A DNA stretch of 64,000 bases from Eubacteriales bacterium (GTDB lineage: Bacteria; Bacillota; Clostridia; Lachnospirales; JAVBJQ01). The position numbers and the translations under genes were made by a program. The notes beneath the pieces are model-generated. The model had not been told where the DNA came from, searched no databases, and was given only the letters and a program-made list of their open reading frames with translations. Where the stretch lies: the NCBI GenBank assembly GCA_031546905.1, contig JAVBJQ010000006.1:3632-67631 (forward strand), in the 5' to 3' direction. This document shows, piece by piece, positions 19,598 to 29,996 of this stretch. Position 1 is the first letter of the stretch. Each line of letters begins with the position of its first letter.

Positions 19598-20464
19598 TTA
19601 ACCAACAATTCGTTTCATTAAAATAAATAGCCTGTCCAAATCTTCTTCTGAGTAATATTCTATTTCAATTTTACCTTTATCATTTTTGCTTTTAATTTGT
19701 ACTTTTGTGCCTAAAATTTTAACCAAATCTTCTTCTACATTTTTATAAATAGGAAGTTTTATTTTATCTTTTGGTTGTGTTTTTTCTTTTGATGAGTTTT
19801 CATTTTCTCTTTTTACAAGTTCTTCTACTTGTCTTACACTTAGTTGTTCTTCCATTGTTTTTTCTGCAAGTTCAAACTGTTTGTCAAAATCTTCAATGGC
19901 AAGCAAAGCTCTTGCGTGACCTGTTGTTAACTTATTTTCATACAAAAAGTTTTGAACCCGCTTATCCAAATTTAAAAGACGAATGGAGTTGGCAACCGTA
20001 GCACGATTTTTTCCAACTTTTGCTGCAATTTCTTCTTGGCTTAAAGAAAACGCCTCTGCAAGTTTTTTATATGTAAATGCTTCTTCTATTGGGTTTAGGT
20101 TTTCCCTTTGAATATTTTCCACCAAAGAAACTTGTAGTCTTTCTAGTTCGTCATAATCCTTTATAATAACAGGAACTTTTTTTAATTTTGCAATTCTTGC
20201 TGCTCTATAACGTCTTTCCCCTGCAATAATTTCAAAATAATCGTTGATTTTTTTTACAATGAGAGGTTGTATAATTCCAAATTCTCTAATAGATTGGGCC
20301 AACTCGTTTAATGCTTCTTCTCCAAAGTCTTTTCTTGGTTGGTCTTTGTTAGGTTCAATTTTATGAATATCTACTTCTAATATAGCATTGTTTTCTATAT
20401 TTTCTTCTGGATCTTGGCCTATCAGCGCAGATAATCCTTTCCCTAAGCCTTTTTTAACCGACAT
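19598..20464 (-). CDS. parB: ParB/Spo0J partition protein
   Basis: KKGLGKGLSALI N-terminus (SD GGGAGG, ATG 20464), QPRKDF, IIAGERRYRA, ENIQRENLNPIEEA. Confidence 0.96.
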   Translation of the reverse strand: MSVKKGLGKGLSALIGQDPEENIENNAILEVDIHKIEPNKDQPRKDFGEEALNELAQSIREFGIIQPLIVKKINDYFEIIAGERRYRAARIAKLKKVPVIIKDYDELERLQVSLVENIQRENLNPIEEAFTYKKLAEAFSLSQEEIAAKVGKNRATVANSIRLLNLDKRVQNFLYENKLTTGHARALLAIEDFDKQFELAEKTMEEQLSVRQVEELVKRENENSSKEKTQPKDKIKLPIYKNVEEDLVKILGTKVQIKSKNDKGKIEIEYYSEEDLDRLFILMKRIVG

Positions 20465-20480
20465 ATTTATACCTCCCTTT

Positions 20481-21230
20481 CTAATACTTCCTCCGCCAGT
20501 AACATATAACTTTCTGCACCTTTGATTTTGCATCATACATGGTAATAGGAACTCCATGACTTGGTGCTTCTCCCAACCTAACATTTCTCGGAATAATAGA
20601 ACGGTAAACACTTTTACCCAAATGTTTTTTTACTTCTTCCACCACTTGCAGTGACAAATTGGTTCTGGCATCATACATGGTAAAAACAACTCCTTCAATA
20701 AAAAGTTGTGGGTTTAGTTTTTGTTGAACAAGTCCAATGGTGTGCATTAATTGTGTTAGCCCTTCCAGCGCAAAATATTCACATTGTATAGGAACCAAAA
20801 TACTATCTGCTGCCGTCAGTGCATTGATGGTAAGAATATTTAAAGACGGTGGGCAGTCAATTAAAATAAAATCATACTCATCCTTCATGTTGGATAATAA
20901 AGTTTTTAATATATACTCCCTTTTTTTCTCGTTAATAAGTTCTATTTCTGCCCCTGCAAGATTTACATTGGAGGGAACAATTTTTAAATTAGCCACACAA
21001 GTTTGTAATATGGCATCTTCAAGTTTATTTTCTCCCAACAGTGTTGTGTACAATGTTTTTTCACAGTTATTCTTATCAATTCCCAATCCACTAGTAGTAT
21101 TCCCCTGTGGGTCACCATCAATTGTTAAAACTTTTTTTCCTTTTTCTGCAAGACACGCTGACAAATTTATCGTTGTTGTTGTTTTTCCAACGCCACCTTT
21201 TTGATTTGCAACGGCAATTATTCTAGCCAT
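20481..21230 (-). CDS. parA: ParA/Soj ATPase, apparently frameshifted near the 3' end
   Basis: [39 protein letters not shown]; the last ~12 codons are out of frame with the usual Soj end. Confidence 0.95.
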   Translation of the reverse strand: MARIIAVANQKGGVGKTTTTINLSACLAEKGKKVLTIDGDPQGNTTSGLGIDKNNCEKTLYTTLLGENKLEDAILQTCVANLKIVPSNVNLAGAEIELINEKKREYILKTLLSNMKDEYDFILIDCPPSLNILTINALTAADSILVPIQCEYFALEGLTQLMHTIGLVQQKLNPQLFIEGVVFTMYDARTNLSLQVVEEVKKHLGKSVYRSIIPRNVRLGEAPSHGVPITMYDAKSKVQKVICYWRRKY

Positions 21231-21294
21231 AAATTTCACCTCTAATTTTCTATTCGTATTATTATAGCAAATTTAATATATAATTTCTATAAAA

Positions 21295-21310
21295 TGTTTC
21301 ACGTGAAACA
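21295..21310. promoter_or_regulatory. parS: parS centromere site
   Basis: Exact consensus TGTTTCACGTGAAACA, 65 bp upstream of parA. Confidence 0.95.
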
Positions 21311-21414
21311 TTTTATAGAAATTTTTTTATTTATTTCAAACTATTTTAAACAGCTCCCGTATATTGGTTTATAAGTTACTTAAACCCCACAAAAAATAAA
21401 GAGGAGCTGATTTT

Positions 21415-22107
21415 ATGAATTGTAACATTCACACATCAACGCCTGCATATAATACTTGTTCCAAATGCGGAAACTGGATATGCGACGAATGCGGTGTAGA
21501 ACTAGAAGGAAGGATTGTTTGCAAATCTTGCATTAGCAAAACACTTTCTAGTCCTGATTTTCATGGACACGACCATCACCACCCAATGCCACCTAGTAAG
21601 CCATCTAAAACAATGGCAAAACCACCTGTAGAAGGAAGAAAAATATTTAATATACTTTTGGTTTTATTATTTTCAGCCATTCCTGGTGGAGCACAAATGT
21701 ACATGGGGCTTTTAAAAAGAGGTTTGTTTTTTATGATTTCCTTTTTTACCGCCATCTTTTTAACCCAAACTGTTTTTGGCCCAGCATCATTTGTTCCTTC
21801 CTTTTTAATTGCAATTGTATTTTTTACAAGTTTCTTCGATGGTATTTTAACAAGAAGAAAGTTTATAGCTGGAGAAGTAGTTTCTGATAATATTAATGAC
21901 TTTAAAAATTTATTTTATGAAAACAAAGGCATCGCTATTGCTTTTATAGGTATTTTGGTAGCGTCTTCTTTCTTTCAAAGTTTTAGATTTTTAACCCACG
22001 ACAGAGTTCCTGCTTTTGGTATTATGATTTTAGTACTGGGAATTTTATTTTTAAGAAAAAGAAGAACTTGTGGCTCAAAAAAACACGATGATTATGACAA
22101 ACAATAA
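21415..22107 (+). CDS. Membrane protein with an N-terminal B-box-like Zn finger
   Basis: CxxH..CxxC..CxxC..CxxC N-terminus, His/Pro linker, 'IPGGAQMYMGLLKRG' and four TMs. Confidence 0.75.
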   Translation: MNCNIHTSTPAYNTCSKCGNWICDECGVELEGRIVCKSCISKTLSSPDFHGHDHHHPMPPSKPSKTMAKPPVEGRKIFNILLVLLFSAIPGGAQMYMGLLKRGLFFMISFFTAIFLTQTVFGPASFVPSFLIAIVFFTSFFDGILTRRKFIAGEVVSDNINDFKNLFYENKGIAIAFIGILVASSFFQSFRFLTHDRVPAFGIMILVLGILFLRKRRTCGSKKHDDYDKQ

Positions 22108-22161
22108 ATTTTCTTTTTAATAAGAAATTTATTATATACGCTCCAGATCAATCCCCCCTCA

Positions 22162-22206
22162 AAAAAGCGACACTAACTTCAAAATTTGAAGTCAGTGTCG
22201 CTTTTT
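22162..22206. terminator. Bidirectional terminator between convergent genes
   Basis: AAAAAGCGACACTAACTTCAAA-A-TTTGAAGTCAGTGTCGCTTTTT. Confidence 0.75.
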
Positions 22207-22739
22207 ATTGTTTTCATAAACGGGTAGTATTCTTTAATCCAATATCTTTGAACTATCGTATTTTCTTCCATCATTTCATTTTCTAAAATACCACCATTGT
22301 TTTGAATTATTTTAGCAGAACCAATATTTTCTTTGTTGCAAGTAACTAAAATTTCGCTAATTCCTAGGGCTCTTGCTTTTACTAATCCTAGGGCAAGTAT
22401 TTTGCTTCCGTAACCTTTTCTTCGTTGACTAGGTCTAACACCATAGCCAATATGACCTCCAAAATTAAAAAGATATTCATTTAAACAATGCCTTATGTTG
22501 ATTGCTCCTATGATTCCTTCTTGCTCCCCATCTAATAAAAAATAAGTATGTGCCGAGACAAAATTAGATGGACAAGTTTCAGGATTTTCTCTGCTTTCCA
22601 TATCTAGTACCCAATCTTCATATGTATTTTTAAGAAGTCTAGCTGAGTATGGTGTAATATGTTCATGATTTGACTTCCACTCTTCCGCAAAATCCATATA
22701 AGCTAATTTCATTTCCATGGTGGGTTTCACTAATTTCAT
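22179..22739 (-). CDS. GNAT acetyltransferase
   Basis: GGHIGYGVRPSQRRKGYG, NIGSAKII..NGG. Confidence 0.9.
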   Translation of the reverse strand: MKLVKPTMEMKLAYMDFAEEWKSNHEHITPYSARLLKNTYEDWVLDMESRENPETCPSNFVSAHTYFLLDGEQEGIIGAINIRHCLNEYLFNFGGHIGYGVRPSQRRKGYGSKILALGLVKARALGISEILVTCNKENIGSAKIIQNNGGILENEMMEENTIVQRYWIKEYYPFMKTIKSDTDFKF

Positions 22740-22876
22740 ATAAAAACCTCCTTATTATGGGCATGGTAGCAATTTAATTTTGAATGGAAAATTTTTTTCG
22801 TATTTGTTGAAGTCCAATAATTTACAATTTATTGAAAAAATGCTTGAAAAACAAGTTTTTCAAGCATACGTGCTAT

Positions 22877-24580
22877 TTACATTTGTTCCGGTCTTGCAAT
22901 TCCTAGTAGCCCAAGAGAAGTATCCAAAACATTTTTAACCGCATAAACAAGAACCAGTCTCGCATTTTTTAGTGCTTCTTCACCATTTAAAATAGCATTG
23001 TCATAATAAAACTTATTAAAAGCTTGTGCCAAATCAACAGAAAATCTAGCAACAACAGAAGGTTCATGTCTATTGGTAGCATCCACTACTCTTTCTGCAA
23101 ATTGAGAAAATAACTTACAAACAGCAACAGAACTTTCGTCATCTAATAAGGAGTAATCGATTTCCATATCAAAATTCTCTACTCCTGACTTTCTCAATAT
23201 GCTGCAAGCTCTGGCATGAGCATATTGAACATAAGGACCTGTTTCCCCTTCAAAATTTAACATTCGCTCCCAAGAGAAAACAACATCTTTAATCCTTCCA
23301 TTGTATAAATCATTAAATTTTATAGCGCCGATACCAACTTGTCTTGCAACTTCATCCTTGTTTGGCAACCCGCTATTTTTTTCCTCTATGATGTCACGGG
23401 TTTTTGCAATGGCTTCTGTTAAAATTTCTTCCATTAAAACTACATTGCCTTTTCTTGTGGAAAGCTTTCCTGTTTCTAAACTTACAAGTCCAAAAGGAAC
23501 ATGGACTAAGTTTTTCGCCCACTCATACCCCATCAGTTCAATTACTTTGAAAAACTGAGAAAAATGTAAGTTTTGGTCAAGTGCTGTCAAATAAACACAT
23601 TTTTCAAAGTCATACGTGTCTTTTCGATATAAAGCCGCAGCAATGTCACGAGTGGCATACAGTGTTCCCCCATCTCTACGAATAATCAAACAAGGAGGCA
23701 TATTAAACGCTTCCAAGTCAACGATTTGCGCTCCGTCGCTTTCTATAAGCAAATTCTTTTGTTTTAATTCGTTCACTACACGACCCATTTTGTCATTATA
23801 AAAACTTTCGCCATTATAATTATCAAAAGAAATATCTAAAATTTTATAAATTCTTTCAAATTCATTCATGCTAATGCCATAAAACCACTTCCAAAGACTT
23901 AATGCTTCCTCGTCACCTTCTTGCATTTTCATAAAAAAGGCACGTGCTTCATCATTTAAGCTATCATCTTTTTCTGCTTCCTCATGAAACTTAACATAAA
24001 TTTTAGTAAGCTCTTGAATTCCGCTTTTTTCTATTTCTTCCTTGTTTCCCCATTTTTTATACGCTACAATAAGCTTGCCAAATTGAGTACCCCAGTCCCC
24101 TAAATAATTAATGCCCACTGAATGATATCCCAAAAAGTTATACATATTATAAAGGGCATTGCCGATTACCGTAGAACGCAAGTGCCCAATATGAAACGGT
24201 TTTGCAATGTTTGGCGAAGAATAATCAATGGCAATATTTCTGTTTTTCCCCATTTCTGATGAGCCAAACTTTTCTTTTTTTAGAACAACTTCTTTTAAAA
24301 TGGTTTCTACAAACAATTTTTTATTTACAAAAATATTAAGGTAACCAGAAAGGGCCACCACATTTTCTACTAACACTGACTTTTTTGCCAATATTTTAGT
24401 GGCTAATTCTTCTGCAATTACATTTGGCGACTTTCTAAGGGCTTTTGAAAGTCTAAAACAAGGAAACGCAAAATCTCCCATTTTGGTGTCTGGGGGAATT
24501 TCTATAAACGTATCCACATTTTCTAAGGCATTATCCAATTCTGCTTCAATTAATTTAGCGACTTCTAATTTAAAATCCAT
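22877..24580 (-). CDS. argS: Arginine--tRNA ligase
   Basis: DYSSPNIAKPFHIGHLRS, GDWGTQFG, LSTRKG, GPYVQYAHAR. Confidence 0.97.
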   Translation of the reverse strand: MDFKLEVAKLIEAELDNALENVDTFIEIPPDTKMGDFAFPCFRLSKALRKSPNVIAEELATKILAKKSVLVENVVALSGYLNIFVNKKLFVETILKEVVLKKEKFGSSEMGKNRNIAIDYSSPNIAKPFHIGHLRSTVIGNALYNMYNFLGYHSVGINYLGDWGTQFGKLIVAYKKWGNKEEIEKSGIQELTKIYVKFHEEAEKDDSLNDEARAFFMKMQEGDEEALSLWKWFYGISMNEFERIYKILDISFDNYNGESFYNDKMGRVVNELKQKNLLIESDGAQIVDLEAFNMPPCLIIRRDGGTLYATRDIAAALYRKDTYDFEKCVYLTALDQNLHFSQFFKVIELMGYEWAKNLVHVPFGLVSLETGKLSTRKGNVVLMEEILTEAIAKTRDIIEEKNSGLPNKDEVARQVGIGAIKFNDLYNGRIKDVVFSWERMLNFEGETGPYVQYAHARACSILRKSGVENFDMEIDYSLLDDESSVAVCKLFSQFAERVVDATNRHEPSVVARFSVDLAQAFNKFYYDNAILNGEEALKNARLVLVYAVKNVLDTSLGLLGIARPEQM

Positions 24581-24607
24581 GTAATTTATCCTCCGCGGTT
24601 CACTTTT

Positions 24608-25507
24608 TTAACAACAAATCATTTCAATTGGCTTTTTCACAAGAGTAATCTCAATAGGCATCAACGGCCCCGATTCCCCATCTACATCTGTAGCCAAAAG
24701 TCTTTCATCATGATTGCTTAAAAGCTCAATTTTAATATAATCATCTTGAAAAAATATAATGTTAGGGTCATTTAAATGCTCCCCTTTTAAAATTTTAATA
24801 AACAACGCCGCCATTTCTACAAGACCCATTTCTTTAAAAGCAATAAAGTCTAATAGCCCGTCGTCAATTTTTGCATCTGCCGAAAGTTTCTCAAAACCGC
24901 CAGCTCCAGCAGAGTTTAACGCAACAAAGAAAAAAATATTTTTTTCAATGACTTCTGTTGAATTGGTAATTCTCAACGGCATACAAGAAAAATTGGGAAG
25001 TTCTTCGATTCCTTTTAAATAATAGGCAAGTTTTCCTAAGGCATTTTTAAAATCACTGTCAATTCGTTGGGAAACCGTTGCAAAAAGCCCTGCTCCACAA
25101 ACATTAATAAAATACGTTCCATTTACAACACCTAAGTCTACTTGCTTTTTATTTCCTTTGATAATAAGGTCACAGCAGGCTTCTACGTTGTCCCTTGGCA
25201 TTTTTAAATAATTTGCAAAGTCGTTTGCTGTTCCACTGGGAATAATGGCAATGGGAATAAAAATCTCCGCTTCCATAAAAGCATTGATAACAATATTCAA
25301 CGTACCATCTCCACCCGAAACAACCACCATATCATAAAAACTTTTTTCCATCGTTAAAATATGATTGCGAATGTCGCCGTGCTCCAAACTGGTGAACATA
25401 TGCACTTCATATCCGCCTTGTTGAAATTTTTTGATACACAAATCTAAATCATAACGAAAAAGCCGCTCTCCCGACATCGAGTTATATATTAATTTTAATT
25501 TTTTCAT
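24608..25507 (-). CDS. Diacylglycerol kinase family lipid kinase (YegS/BmrU-like)
   Basis: GGDGT, PSGTANDFA, DDGLLD, DGE; SD GAGGAG ahead of ATG 25507. Confidence 0.9.
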   Translation of the reverse strand: MKKLKLIYNSMSGERLFRYDLDLCIKKFQQGGYEVHMFTSLEHGDIRNHILTMEKSFYDMVVVSGGDGTLNIVINAFMEAEIFIPIAIIPSGTANDFANYLKMPRDNVEACCDLIIKGNKKQVDLGVVNGTYFINVCGAGLFATVSQRIDSDFKNALGKLAYYLKGIEELPNFSCMPLRITNSTEVIEKNIFFFVALNSAGAGGFEKLSADAKIDDGLLDFIAFKEMGLVEMAALFIKILKGEHLNDPNIIFFQDDYIKIELLSNHDERLLATDVDGESGPLMPIEITLVKKPIEMICC

Positions 25508-25787
25508 ATATAATCTCCTCATCAAATTAAATTACTACTATAGGGGGTAACAAATTTTTATTATATTTTTTATATTATACATCATTCATTGATAATTACA
25601 ATATCTATTGCAGTGAACCAATTGTATTATCTTTAACCATTATATTATCCATCTCCACATCGTGATTCATACGCTTTTTAACTAACAACGTCCCAAACAT
25701 ATTTTGTCGTAAAAAAATATATATTTTTAAACCCTAAATGTGCATAATTATGATATAATATTTCAAAAAGGTTGGTGGTCATTCATA

Positions 25788-26942
25788 ATGAAAAAGTGTT
25801 TCAGGATCTCTATGTTTGTAATACTTTCATTTATACTTTTTGTCATGTACATTCCTGTTTATGCCAGCAGTTTGACAGTCCCAAAAGTGAAAGTTCGAAT
25901 TGAAAGTTTTGATAATACCATTGCTTCAGGGGAAGAAACTGCTTTTACATTTTTGGAGGCCATTCAAAAATTTGGAGACCATCATGATATTAATATTGTA
26001 ATTAGCCAAGCGGTGGATGATAAAAGTATTTATCGTATCAACGATATACCAAATAACAAGTTCAATCAAAATGACAAATGGGATGGATTTTTAATTCGAG
26101 ATGATAAAGTAGTAGAAAATCCTTCTATTTTTAACCAAACATTAAAACAAGGAGACCAACTTGTGGTGTATTACGGAGTGGCTTCTGAAATTAAAAAAAT
26201 CCCCTCTCTGGTCACAGAAGAAAAGGATGGCAATGTTTGTATCAAAGCGTTAAATACGTATACCACATGGCAACAAAAAGAAACATTTTGGCAACCTGAA
26301 GTGGTGGTTGAAAAACTAAAAGACGTACGGGTACATATTACAGCTGCAAATAATGAAGAGATGGTTGGTGTCACCAATGAGGAGGGAGAAGCAACCTTTG
26401 CCCTTAAAAAAACAGGATTTGTTACTTGCTATGCCGAGGAATACCAAGAAGATGCTGTTCCACTGCTTGTAAAAACAGATGTGCAATCTTTTTTATGGGG
26501 AGTTGAAAATAAAAAAGAACTAACCCGTGGAGAGGTCATTGCCATTTTAATGAATAATTTAAATTTGCCCCAAAAAAACACAACTTTAGGTACTACTTAT
26601 TTTAGTGATGTTTCAACACAACAGAAACAGGCAAGTGAAATAAATTTAGCTGCCTCTCTTCAAATCATAAAAGGATATGCTGACAAAACATTTCGACCCA
26701 ACAATAAAATAAGCTTACTTGAATGTGCTACTATTTTATCTACGATTTATATGTTAACCCCTCATGAAGCATTGGGTTCTGAAATCCAAGCCCCCGTGAA
26801 AGATGTTCCCTCTTGGGCAGAAAAAAATATTCAATTGCTGATGGCAAAACATATTTTAACGGATATTCCCCTGAACTGGAACAAAAACATATCAGGAGAT
26901 ACCCTTTACAAAATGATTCAAAATATGAATAATAACTTGTAA
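25788..26942 (+). CDS. Secreted protein with a DUF4430-like domain and C-terminal SLH domains
   Basis: Signal peptide ending VYA; 'LKQGDQLVVYYG'; SLH-like LTRGE, FSDV, IIKGYADKTFRPN, DVPSWA. Confidence 0.7.
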   Translation: MKKCFRISMFVILSFILFVMYIPVYASSLTVPKVKVRIESFDNTIASGEETAFTFLEAIQKFGDHHDINIVISQAVDDKSIYRINDIPNNKFNQNDKWDGFLIRDDKVVENPSIFNQTLKQGDQLVVYYGVASEIKKIPSLVTEEKDGNVCIKALNTYTTWQQKETFWQPEVVVEKLKDVRVHITAANNEEMVGVTNEEGEATFALKKTGFVTCYAEEYQEDAVPLLVKTDVQSFLWGVENKKELTRGEVIAILMNNLNLPQKNTTLGTTYFSDVSTQQKQASEINLAASLQIIKGYADKTFRPNNKISLLECATILSTIYMLTPHEALGSEIQAPVKDVPSWAEKNIQLLMAKHILTDIPLNWNKNISGDTLYKMIQNMNNNL

Positions 26943-26980
26943 ACCTTTCAAAAAATAAAAAAACTGGACTAGGTGATGAA

Positions 26981-27376
26981 ATGAATAAAAAAAATACCAT
27001 GTCTCCCTCTATGGAGGACTATTTAGAAACATTATATTTTTTAACTTGCAAAAATGAAGTGGTGAGGGTTACGGACATGGCGACAGACATGAATATTTCA
27101 AAGCCTAGCGTAAACAAAGCCATTAATGCCTTAAAAGCCCAAAATCTTGTAGAACATGAGCATTATGGCGCCTTAAGCCTTACAGAAGAAGGTAAAAAAT
27201 TAGCAAAATCCATTGCAGACAGACATGTTGTACTGAAAAAATTTCTACATGAACTTTTAGAAATTGATGAAAAAACAGCAGAGGAAGAAGCCTGTCTTAT
27301 TGAACATTCTATGAGCCAAGCAACGGTGGATAAACTCTCCCTCTTTTTAAAAACCATTGAACTTCAAAAGAAGTAA
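26981..27376 (+). CDS. DtxR/MntR family metal-dependent regulator
   Basis: SMEDYLE, SKPSV, LTEEG, EEEACLIEH. Confidence 0.92.
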   Translation: MNKKNTMSPSMEDYLETLYFLTCKNEVVRVTDMATDMNISKPSVNKAINALKAQNLVEHEHYGALSLTEEGKKLAKSIADRHVVLKKFLHELLEIDEKTAEEEACLIEHSMSQATVDKLSLFLKTIELQKK

Positions 27377-27408
27377 GGCGTAACAAAGTCCTTGTACTTG
27401 TCACACCC

Positions 27409-27459
27409 ATAAAAAAAAGACTAATTTTTGTTTTATTTAAAAATTAGTCTTTTTTTATG
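27409..27459. terminator. Bidirectional terminator
   Basis: ATAAAAAAAAGACTAATTTTT...AAAAATTAGTCTTTTTTTAT between convergent genes. Confidence 0.7.
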
Positions 27460-27462
27460 TAC

Positions 27463-28617
27463 TTATTTTTTTATATTTTCCATAATGTAATTTGTAAATT
27501 GCTCAGAAGTGGCACCAGTGTCACGACCAGTCATTACCAATTTCTTTTCTGTTCTTGTACAAATATCTAGTGCTTTTGTAAATTTGTCAGCTTTATCTTT
27601 ATAGCCTAAGTGCGCCAACAACATAACCGCCGCTCTCATCACACTACAAGGGTCAGCATATTGGGCACGACCTTCTGTAACCATACGAGGTGCGGAACCA
27701 TGAATTGCTTCAAACATGGCATATTGTTTCCCTAAGTTAGCACTTCCAGCGGTTCCCACTCCTCCTTGAAATTCTGCGGCTTCATCTGTCAAAATATCCC
27801 CATAAAGATTTGGAAGAACAAGCACTTGAAAATCTGTACGGCGTTTTTCGTCAATTAATTTTGCACACATAATATCAATATACCAGTCATCGAATGTAAT
27901 TTCCGGGTATTCTGAAGCGATTTCTCTACAAATTTTTAGGAATTTTCCGTCCGTTGTTTTTATTACGTTGGCTTTTGTAACAGCAGTAACCCTTGTCTTT
28001 CCATTGGCACGAGCAAAATCAAAAGCTGCTTTTACAATTCTGCGTGTTCCTTCTGTTGTTGTCACGGTGAAGTCAAAGGCCAAATCTTCATCAATTTCAA
28101 ATCCTTTGCTTCCAACTGCATATGCCCCTTCTGTATTTTCTCTAAAAAATGTCCAGTCAATATTTTGCTCTGGAACACTAACAGGACGAACATTTGCAAA
28201 TAAATCAAGGGCTTTTCTCATGGCAACATTGGCACTTTCGATATTAGGAAGGTTATCTCCAGCGTTTGGCGTTGTTGTTGGTCCTTTTAAAAGTACGTGG
28301 CATTTTTTAATTTCTTCTAACACATCATCAGGGATGGCTTTTACTGCTTGAATACGATTTTCAATGGTCAGCCCTTCAATGATACGAAACTCTATTTTTC
28401 CTGCTTTTACTTCATCTTCTAATAAAAATTCTAAAACCCTGTGCGCTTGGGCTGTAATGGCAGGACCGATTCCGTCTCCACCAATAATCCCTACGATAAT
28501 CGTATCTAATTTCGAGAGGTCAATAAAATCTTTTTGCCCATTAATGTCCTGAACCCTTTTTAATTGTTCCTCTACTAATTTTAAAAACTTTTCTGTGGCA
28601 TTTTGCATTTTATCCAT
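27463..28617 (-). CDS. Isocitrate/isopropylmalate dehydrogenase family, probably isocitrate dehydrogenase
   Basis: GDGIGP, LKGPTTTP, RENTEG, NLYGDILTDEAA, FEAIHGSAP; directly after Re-citrate synthase. Confidence 0.88.
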   Translation of the reverse strand: MDKMQNATEKFLKLVEEQLKRVQDINGQKDFIDLSKLDTIIVGIIGGDGIGPAITAQAHRVLEFLLEDEVKAGKIEFRIIEGLTIENRIQAVKAIPDDVLEEIKKCHVLLKGPTTTPNAGDNLPNIESANVAMRKALDLFANVRPVSVPEQNIDWTFFRENTEGAYAVGSKGFEIDEDLAFDFTVTTTEGTRRIVKAAFDFARANGKTRVTAVTKANVIKTTDGKFLKICREIASEYPEITFDDWYIDIMCAKLIDEKRRTDFQVLVLPNLYGDILTDEAAEFQGGVGTAGSANLGKQYAMFEAIHGSAPRMVTEGRAQYADPCSVMRAAVMLLAHLGYKDKADKFTKALDICTRTEKKLVMTGRDTGATSEQFTNYIMENIKK

Positions 28618-28619
28618 AA

Positions 28620-29996
28620 CTAAATTTCCTCCTTAAAGTTTTTCATGGCATTTAAAGAAACTGCTTCCAGTTCTTTGTCTGTAATTACGGTAACCCTGCC
28701 TTCGTCATATTGTGTGTCAACCCATTTTTTTACAGCTTCAACTACAGGGTGTTTTTTATCAAAAGCTTCCTCCCCTGCTAGTTTAAAAAAGGTGTTTATC
28801 CAATGGGCAACACCAGCAAGGCCTGATGTATTGGAAACCGCAATGGTGCAAGGGCGGTTTAAAAGCTTTTCTGTATCAAAAATATTATAAATTTCCTCAT
28901 TTTTAAGCAATCCGTCGGCGTGGATCCCTGCACGGGTAACGTTAAAATGTTTTCCCACAAAAGGGGTCATTGGGGGAATTACATAACCTAATTCGTTTTC
29001 AAAATAGGATGCAATCTCTGTGATAGCGGTAGTATCCATTCCATTTAACGTTCCTCTTAGTTGGGCATATTCAATTACCATTGCTTCAAGAGGGGTGTTT
29101 CCAGTTCTTTCCCCGATACCAAGCAAAGAACAATTAACTCCAGATGCCCCATAAAGCCACGCATAAGAAGCATTTACAACAGAGCGGTAAAAATCGTTAT
29201 GTCCGTGCCATTCTAACAGTTCGTGAGGAACATTGGCAAAATGATTCAAGCCATGAATAATTCCTTGTACGCTTCTTGGCATCACGCTTCCAGGAAAAGT
29301 TACACCATACCCCATGGTATCACACGCTCTAATTTTAACTGGTATTCCCGTTTCTTCTGCTAAATTCATCAGCTCTGTTACAAAAGGAACTACAAAGCCA
29401 TAAAAATCAGCACGAGTAATATCTTCTAAATGACAACGAGGTCTTACGCCAATTTCCATACACTCTCTAATAACAGCAATATAATGGTCGATGACTTGAC
29501 GTCTTGTCATTCTCATTTTGTAAAAAATGTGGTAATCAGAACAACTTACTAAAATACCAGTTTCTTTTAATCCAACTGATTTAACCAGTTCAAAATCTTT
29601 TTTGGATGCTCTAATCCAACTTGTAATTTCTGGCGTGGTAAAGCCTAACTCCAAACATTTATATACTGCATCCAAATCTTTTTTGGTATATAAAAAAAAT
29701 TCACTTTGGCGAATGACGCCGTTTGGTCCTGAAAGTCTATGTAAAAGTTTAAAAAGATGAATTATTTGTTCAACTGTATATGGCTCACGAGATTGTTGTC
29801 CATCACGAAATGTTGTGTCCGTAATCCAAATATCATCTGGCATATTAATAGGCATAATTCGATGATTAAAAGCAACTTTTGGGATTTCTTCATAATTAAA
29901 TAAATTTCTAAACAGATTTGGTTCTGTCACATCTTGCAATGGATAAGAAAGCTCTGTTTTTTCCAGCAAGTTTGTTTTTTTATTATAAGCAAAAAT
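28620..29996 (-). CDS. Re-citrate synthase (DRE-TIM family)
   Basis: ITDTTFRDGQQ, HLEDITRADFYGF, HGHNDF, GIGERTGN, AGIHADG; start placed at ATT 29996 by SD position (alternative is TTG 29969). Confidence 0.85.
   Translation of the reverse strand: MFAYNKKTNLLEKTELSYPLQDVTEPNLFRNLFNYEEIPKVAFNHRIMPINMPDDIWITDTTFRDGQQSREPYTVEQIIHLFKLLHRLSGPNGVIRQSEFFLYTKKDLDAVYKCLELGFTTPEITSWIRASKKDFELVKSVGLKETGILVSCSDYHIFYKMRMTRRQVIDHYIAVIRECMEIGVRPRCHLEDITRADFYGFVVPFVTELMNLAEETGIPVKIRACDTMGYGVTFPGSVMPRSVQGIIHGLNHFANVPHELLEWHGHNDFYRSVVNASYAWLYGASGVNCSLLGIGERTGNTPLEAMVIEYAQLRGTLNGMDTTAITEIASYFENELGYVIPPMTPFVGKHFNVTRAGIHADGLLKNEEIYNIFDTEKLLNRPCTIAVSNTSGLAGVAHWINTFFKLAGEEAFDKKHPVVEAVKKWVDTQYDEGRVTVITDKELEAVSLNAMKNFKEEI

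Noticed and set aside
20465-20611. 49-codon N-terminal extension of ParB in the ORF track
   Set aside because: Overlaps parA; the SD and conserved KKGLGKGL start point to ATG 20464
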